From positions 27,481 through 91,480 of the forward strand of contig CAIPDT010000032.1 of NCBI GenBank assembly GCA_903863905.1: a DNA stretch of 64,000 nt. Direction: 5' to 3'. Shown piece by piece: positions 59,604 to 64,000 of the stretch; position 1 is the stretch's first letter; each line of letters starts with the position of its first letter. Source of the DNA: an uncultured Methylococcaceae bacterium (GTDB lineage: Bacteria > Pseudomonadota > Gammaproteobacteria > Methylococcales > Methylomonadaceae). The translations under genes and the position numbers were made by a program. The notes under the pieces are model-generated. The model was given only the letters and a program-made list of their open reading frames with translations, did not search any database and was not told where the DNA came from.

Positions 59604-61049
59604 CTACAAAATACGTTTACGTTGACTTGATGAAGAAATCAGCATCGCTTCTCGATACTTTGCGATGGTTCTTCTGGCAACGTTAATGCCCTTTGCTTGT
59701 AAAAAATCGGCAATTTTACTATCACTTAAAGGTCTTCCTTGATTTTCATTGTCGATTAACTCTTTAATAAAAGATCTGATGGCAGTGGATGAGCACTCTC
59801 CTCCGTCTTTTGTTGAAACATGACTCGAAAAGAAATATTTAAAATCAATGATACCATTAGGCGTATGCATATACTTATGAGTCGTCACCCTAGAGATAGT
59901 CGACTCATGCAATTTAAGCTCTTCTGCTATATCCCTTAACACCATGGGTTTCATAGCAATGGACCCATGATCCAGAAAACCAGTTTGCTTTTCAACAATA
60001 CTGCGTGCCACGCGCAATAGAGTATCATTTCGATTATGTAAATTCTTTATAAACCATTTAGCTTCCTGCAAATGATCCTTCATACACACATTATCCTTAC
60101 TGTTATCAGCCCTCTTAATCAAATTTGAGTAAAAAGGATTAATACGTAACTTAGGCGCAATATCAGGGTTTAAATTAACTTGCCACACGTCATTATGTTT
60201 AGCGACATACACATCGGGAATCACATACTCTGAATCTGATTCTTGTATTTGTGCTCCCGGCCTTGGGTCTAAGGTTCTAATCAAAGCCACGACCTCTGTG
60301 AGTTGACGTTCTGTCACCTCCAGTTTTCGGATTAATTTAGTTTGTTCTTGGGTCGCGAGTAATTTCAAATACCGGGTAACCACCACTAAAGCTTCAGCCC
60401 TATAGGGCGTTGATTCAGGTAATTGTAACAACTGTAAACGTAAACAATCACTTAAATCTATCGCCGCGACACCACTGGGTTCAAACTGTTGAACTCGATG
60501 TAAGACGGCATTAAACTCATCAAACTCAAGATCATCAAATTGATTCTGCAAGCCCTCAAAAATATCTTCTGGGGAACTGCTTAAATAACCATCTTCATTC
60601 ACTGAATCGATAACCGCCATGGCAATGGCATGATCACGCTCAGAAAAAGGCGTTAACTCTAATTGCCACAACAAATGATCTAACAAAGTTGAGCTATTAC
60701 TGCGCTGACTTTCAAATTCAACGGGTTCGTTATTATTTAAACCCGGTGATGAAGATGTTTCATAAATATCATCCCATGAAGAATCAATAGGTAATTCATC
60801 TGGTATATTAGTTTGAGAACCTTCGCTGGTATAGGATTCCGTATTTTCAAGCTTCTTTTCAGTACTAATTAAACCTTCACGTGAACCACTCTCTTCATCA
60901 TTTATTTCCAGCATGATATTAGATTCAAGAGCTTGCTGAATTTCTTGCTGTAAATCAAGTGTAGACATTTGCAATAGCTTAATCGCTTGTTGCAACTGTG
61001 GCGTCATGGTTAATTGTTGGCCTAGCCTAAGATTTAAAGATTGTTTCAT
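59604..61049 (-). CDS. rpoN: RNA polymerase sigma-54 factor
   Basis: QQLTMTPQLQQAIKLLQ, HESTISRVTT, RpoN box ARRTIAKYRE. Confidence 0.98.
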   Translation of the reverse strand: MKQSLNLRLGQQLTMTPQLQQAIKLLQMSTLDLQQEIQQALESNIMLEINDEESGSREGLISTEKKLENTESYTSEGSQTNIPDELPIDSSWDDIYETSSSPGLNNNEPVEFESQRSNSSTLLDHLLWQLELTPFSERDHAIAMAVIDSVNEDGYLSSSPEDIFEGLQNQFDDLEFDEFNAVLHRVQQFEPSGVAAIDLSDCLRLQLLQLPESTPYRAEALVVVTRYLKLLATQEQTKLIRKLEVTERQLTEVVALIRTLDPRPGAQIQESDSEYVIPDVYVAKHNDVWQVNLNPDIAPKLRINPFYSNLIKRADNSKDNVCMKDHLQEAKWFIKNLHNRNDTLLRVARSIVEKQTGFLDHGSIAMKPMVLRDIAEELKLHESTISRVTTHKYMHTPNGIIDFKYFFSSHVSTKDGGECSSTAIRSFIKELIDNENQGRPLSDSKIADFLQAKGINVARRTIAKYREAMLISSSSQRKRIL

Positions 61050-61125
61050 CTGCTCACTATGGTGTAAGAGTAATACTGTAGATTAATCTAATTCTAATTA
61101 GATGACCCGCTCTCATTGTATTACC

Positions 61126-61851
61126 TTAAAGTATAAAGTTTTTACCTAAATAAACATCACGCACTTCTTGATTGGCAACAATAGCGTCAGCAGAACCCTC
61201 TGCAATCACTTTACCGCCATTAAGTATATACGCACGATCACAAATACCTAAGGTTTCTCTTACATTATGCTCAGTAATCAATACTCCAATACCTCGCTGT
61301 TTTAAGTGCTCTATAATTTTTTTAATTTCATCTACTGAAATAGGATCAACACCCGCAAACGGCTCATCTAATAAGATAAACTGTGGGTTACTCGCTAAAG
61401 CTCTCGCAATTTCAACTCGCCTTCTTTCTCCACCAGACAAGCCTAAAGCAATCTGATGACGTAAATGTTCAATATGAAATTCTTGTAATAACTCTTCAAT
61501 CATTAACTCTACTTGCCCAAAACTTAATTCGGCACGGAGTTGTAAAACAGCCCGAAGATTATCAGCAACCGTTAATTTTCTAAAGATAGAAGGCTCTTGT
61601 GGCAAGTATCCTATCCCACTAATCGCCCTGATATGCATGGGGTCATGGGTAATATCCTTAGAGTTTAAAGTTATTTTACCTTTATCTGCCTTAATTAAGC
61701 CAACCATCATATAAAAACTCGTTGTTTTACCGGCACCATTTGGCCCCAGTAACCCAACTACTTCATTATTAGTGACGTGTAAAGAAACTCCATCAACCAC
61801 ATTGCGTTTATTATAAGTTTTAATGAGTTGGTGTGCCGCTAATGTCGCCAT
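61126..61851 (-). CDS. lptB: LPS export ABC transporter ATP-binding protein
   Basis: [40 protein letters not shown]. Confidence 0.97.
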   Translation of the reverse strand: MATLAAHQLIKTYNKRNVVDGVSLHVTNNEVVGLLGPNGAGKTTSFYMMVGLIKADKGKITLNSKDITHDPMHIRAISGIGYLPQEPSIFRKLTVADNLRAVLQLRAELSFGQVELMIEELLQEFHIEHLRHQIALGLSGGERRRVEIARALASNPQFILLDEPFAGVDPISVDEIKKIIEHLKQRGIGVLITEHNVRETLGICDRAYILNGGKVIAEGSADAIVANQEVRDVYLGKNFIL

Positions 61852-61853
61852 AC

Positions 61854-62354
61854 TTAATTAGCCTTAGGTTCGATTATGACATGCACTCGTTTAGAGTCAG
61901 AGGTCTTTTCACCTGCTTTAACTAAAGATGTTTTAATATTATATTCAATCAACTGACTTGAATAGGTACCATTGTCTTTCCAAACAGTAGCATCATCAAT
62001 CAGAACTAACAAATCCTTTTTAGGATAAAACTCACCCGTTAAGGCTTCACCCGTAATATCCTTTTCACCTTCTGCGGGCGTTTGCTTAAACTTTGCTTTT
62101 TTCCCTGTAAAAACCAACTTTTCAGCATCACCATTAATGAAATGCACCACCAGTTTATCTGAGTTAACTCGGATACTGCCTTGCACTGAAATAACATTAC
62201 CCACATAGGTACTGGTTGCTGAGGCATCGTCATAGGTTGCCGTATTTGAATCAATCACAATCGGTTGCTGAGCATCACTTTCTAAAGCCCACCCCTTAAC
62301 GCTAATCAATATCAGTAAAAAGGCAAACCGAGACATTTTTTTATTTAGAGTCAT
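61854..62354 (-). CDS. lptA: LPS transport periplasmic protein LptA
   Basis: [33 protein letters not shown]. Confidence 0.9.
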   Translation of the reverse strand: MTLNKKMSRFAFLLILISVKGWALESDAQQPIVIDSNTATYDDASATSTYVGNVISVQGSIRVNSDKLVVHFINGDAEKLVFTGKKAKFKQTPAEGEKDITGEALTGEFYPKKDLLVLIDDATVWKDNGTYSSQLIEYNIKTSLVKAGEKTSDSKRVHVIIEPKAN

Positions 62355-62907
62355 AACTCCCCTTTACATTGGCAAGCAATTGCACATGGACTGGCTCAAT
62401 ATAGGTCATTTTCATGCCATTCCCTGTTGTTTTATTCGATGAACTAATGAGTTCAGCCCACTCTTGAGTTTCTGCGTAACTAGAACCTGGATTGACCTTT
62501 AACATTTGGGTATTAATAGTCAGAGGAATTATACCACTCGCTTTTGCCCGACTAATTATAACCTGACCATTTAAAAATAGATCCTTACCATCTGCTGATA
62601 AGATGCTAGTTTCTGATTTTATAACCCAAGGCGGTGTTTTATTATTATAAAAAAACATCAATGGACTCACTGTATGAGTCGTACCATCATCACTGTAATG
62701 CAGAATTTTATCCGCCAATAATTTATTTTTTAGCGTCCCCTGCTCATTCATTTCCCACTTAATATAGGCCGTTCCAAAATAATCTGGACTATGTTCCATT
62801 AATGGAGTGGAATTAAAGAAAATGGGCGTGGTTAAATTAACCAGCCACGCACTTAACAACGCAATAATACCCAATAAAATATAACCTTTATTTTCGCTTA
62901 AGATCAT
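62341..62907 (-). CDS. lptC: LPS export protein LptC
   Basis: One TM helix, HSPDYF, LFLNGQV. Position between kdsC and lptA. Confidence 0.88.
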   Translation of the reverse strand: MILSENKGYILLGIIALLSAWLVNLTTPIFFNSTPLMEHSPDYFGTAYIKWEMNEQGTLKNKLLADKILHYSDDGTTHTVSPLMFFYNNKTPPWVIKSETSILSADGKDLFLNGQVIISRAKASGIIPLTINTQMLKVNPGSSYAETQEWAELISSSNKTTGNGMKMTYIEPVHVQLLANVKGSYDSK

Positions 62908-63443
62908 TTTAAATACGCATTTAAAACAGCATCAAAAGTTCCTTGTGCCTGCATAACCAAATCACACACTTCCCTAACAGCCCCCAATCCTCCTGGAAGC
63001 GAGGTACACCAATGCGCGTGTTGTAATACGGCAAAATTGGCATCAGCAACCGCAATGGCAAGACCCACACGCGTCATAATAGGCAAATCTAATAGATCAT
63101 CTCCCACATGAGCAGTTTGATCAGTACTAACTCCTACTTTTTCAAGAATCTCATAAAACGCCTCTAATTTATGTTCATGACCTTGATAAACATGCGTGAT
63201 ACCTAAGTTTTTCATTCTAAGTGCGACCGAGGCAGATTTTCTTCCCGAAATAACCGCTATTTCAACACCTGCTTGACGTAACAACTTAATGCCATGACCA
63301 TCTCGGGCATGAAAAGATTTATATTCATTGCCTTGATGATCAAAAAACAACTTACCGTCTGTTAATACACCATCAACATCAAGAATTAACAGTTTAAGTT
63401 TTTTTGCTTTCTCAATAATATCAGTCATTTGAAGCATCATCAC
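62904..63443 (-). CDS. kdsC: KDO 8-phosphate phosphatase
   Basis: HAD motif LILDVDGVLTDG, DGHGIK, VGDDLLDL, GAVREVCD. Confidence 0.96.
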   Translation of the reverse strand: MMMLQMTDIIEKAKKLKLLILDVDGVLTDGKLFFDHQGNEYKSFHARDGHGIKLLRQAGVEIAVISGRKSASVALRMKNLGITHVYQGHEHKLEAFYEILEKVGVSTDQTAHVGDDLLDLPIMTRVGLAIAVADANFAVLQHAHWCTSLPGGLGAVREVCDLVMQAQGTFDAVLNAYLK

Positions 63444-64000
63444 ACAATACCCGCTCGAATTAAATCATGCATATTTAAGGCGCCGACCGCTTGCTGATGC
63501 TCATCAACAACAATCAGAGCATTAATTTTCTTTTGCTCCATAATTTGCATCGCTTCAGCCGCCAATATATCAGCCGTAATTAAAGCACAGGGTGATGTCA
63601 TAACTGTATTAATCATGGTGTGATGCAAATCACTATTTTTTGCCAACGTGCGCCGTAAATCACCATCGGTAAAAATACCAATCACTTGGGAATCGGTATT
63701 AACAATAGCCGTCATCCCTAATTTTTTCTCTGTCATTTCTAATAAAGCATGACTGATATAAGCCGTTTCCAGAACTGAAGGAATATCAATACCTGTGTGC
63801 ATAATGTCACTGACTCTAAGTAACAATCGACGCCCTAAACTACCTCCAGGATGCGATAACGCAAAGTCATCTCGAGTAAAGCCTTTGGCTTCAAGCAAAG
63901 AGATGGCTAAGGCATCACCCATCACTAAGGCAGCGGTGGTACTTGATGTGGGGGCAAGCCCTAAAGGACAAGCTTCTTGCTGAACAGAAACGTTGATATG
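63440..64000 (-). CDS. kdsD: Arabinose-5-phosphate isomerase KdsD, C-terminal part (gene starts beyond the window)
   Basis: Frame is open to the window end. EACPLGLAPTSSTTAALVMGDAL, HPGGSLG, tandem CBS domains. Confidence 0.95.
   Translation of the reverse strand, partial: HINVSVQQEACPLGLAPTSSTTAALVMGDALAISLLEAKGFTRDDFALSHPGGSLGRRLLLRVSDIMHTGIDIPSVLETAYISHALLEMTEKKLGMTAIVNTDSQVIGIFTDGDLRRTLAKNSDLHHTMINTVMTSPCALITADILAAEAMQIMEQKKINALIVVDEHQQAVGALNMHDLIRAGIV

Noticed and set aside
4015-63983. Numerous 60-150 aa ORFs antisense or out-of-frame to long genes (e.g. 27622-28062, 33155-33541, 23656-24057)
   Set aside because: They are shadow ORFs fully inside well-supported genes and carry no independent motifs.
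1-64000. Mobile elements, prophage, tRNA or rRNA genes
   Set aside because: I recognised no transposase, integrase, phage protein, terminal inverted repeat with target duplication, or cloverleaf.

Overview
A compact, AT-rich (roughly 40% GC by eye) gammaproteobacterial chromosome segment, most consistent with a Methylococcales-type methanotroph. This assignment is an inference from protein style and gene neighbourhoods; no pmo or mxa marker genes lie in the window. It is mostly housekeeping: coaX-birA, ppsA, argH, exeAB, comEC, lolD/lolE, fur-bamE-ratAB, smpB, pssA-leuA, udg-rimI, suhB, trmJ-cysE-iscRSA, secA, lptFG, an RND efflux trio, dbpA, and the kdsD-kdsC-lptCAB-rpoN-hpf-rapZ cluster. 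I saw no tRNA, rRNA, tmRNA, transposase, integrase or CRISPR array. The most unusual elements are: (1) a single 922-aa ORF fusing a class I SAM methyltransferase to polyphosphate kinase 1, in an apparent operon with a D-cysteine-desulfhydrase-like enzyme and peptide deformylase; (2) two intergenic arrays with about 21-nt periodicity (3083-3545 and 43869-44211) that share a GAGT-core motif in opposite orientations, one built as a 3x21-nt higher-order repeat with an internal hairpin in each 63-mer; (3) a SulP + DUF2490 outer-membrane barrel pair near a periplasmic alpha-carbonic anhydrase and a lipoprotein cytochrome c'; (4) an AT-rich histidine kinase / small ORF / EAL / FixJ-type cassette with a duplicated 22-nt motif, next to a secreted two-domain retropepsin that abuts exeAB.
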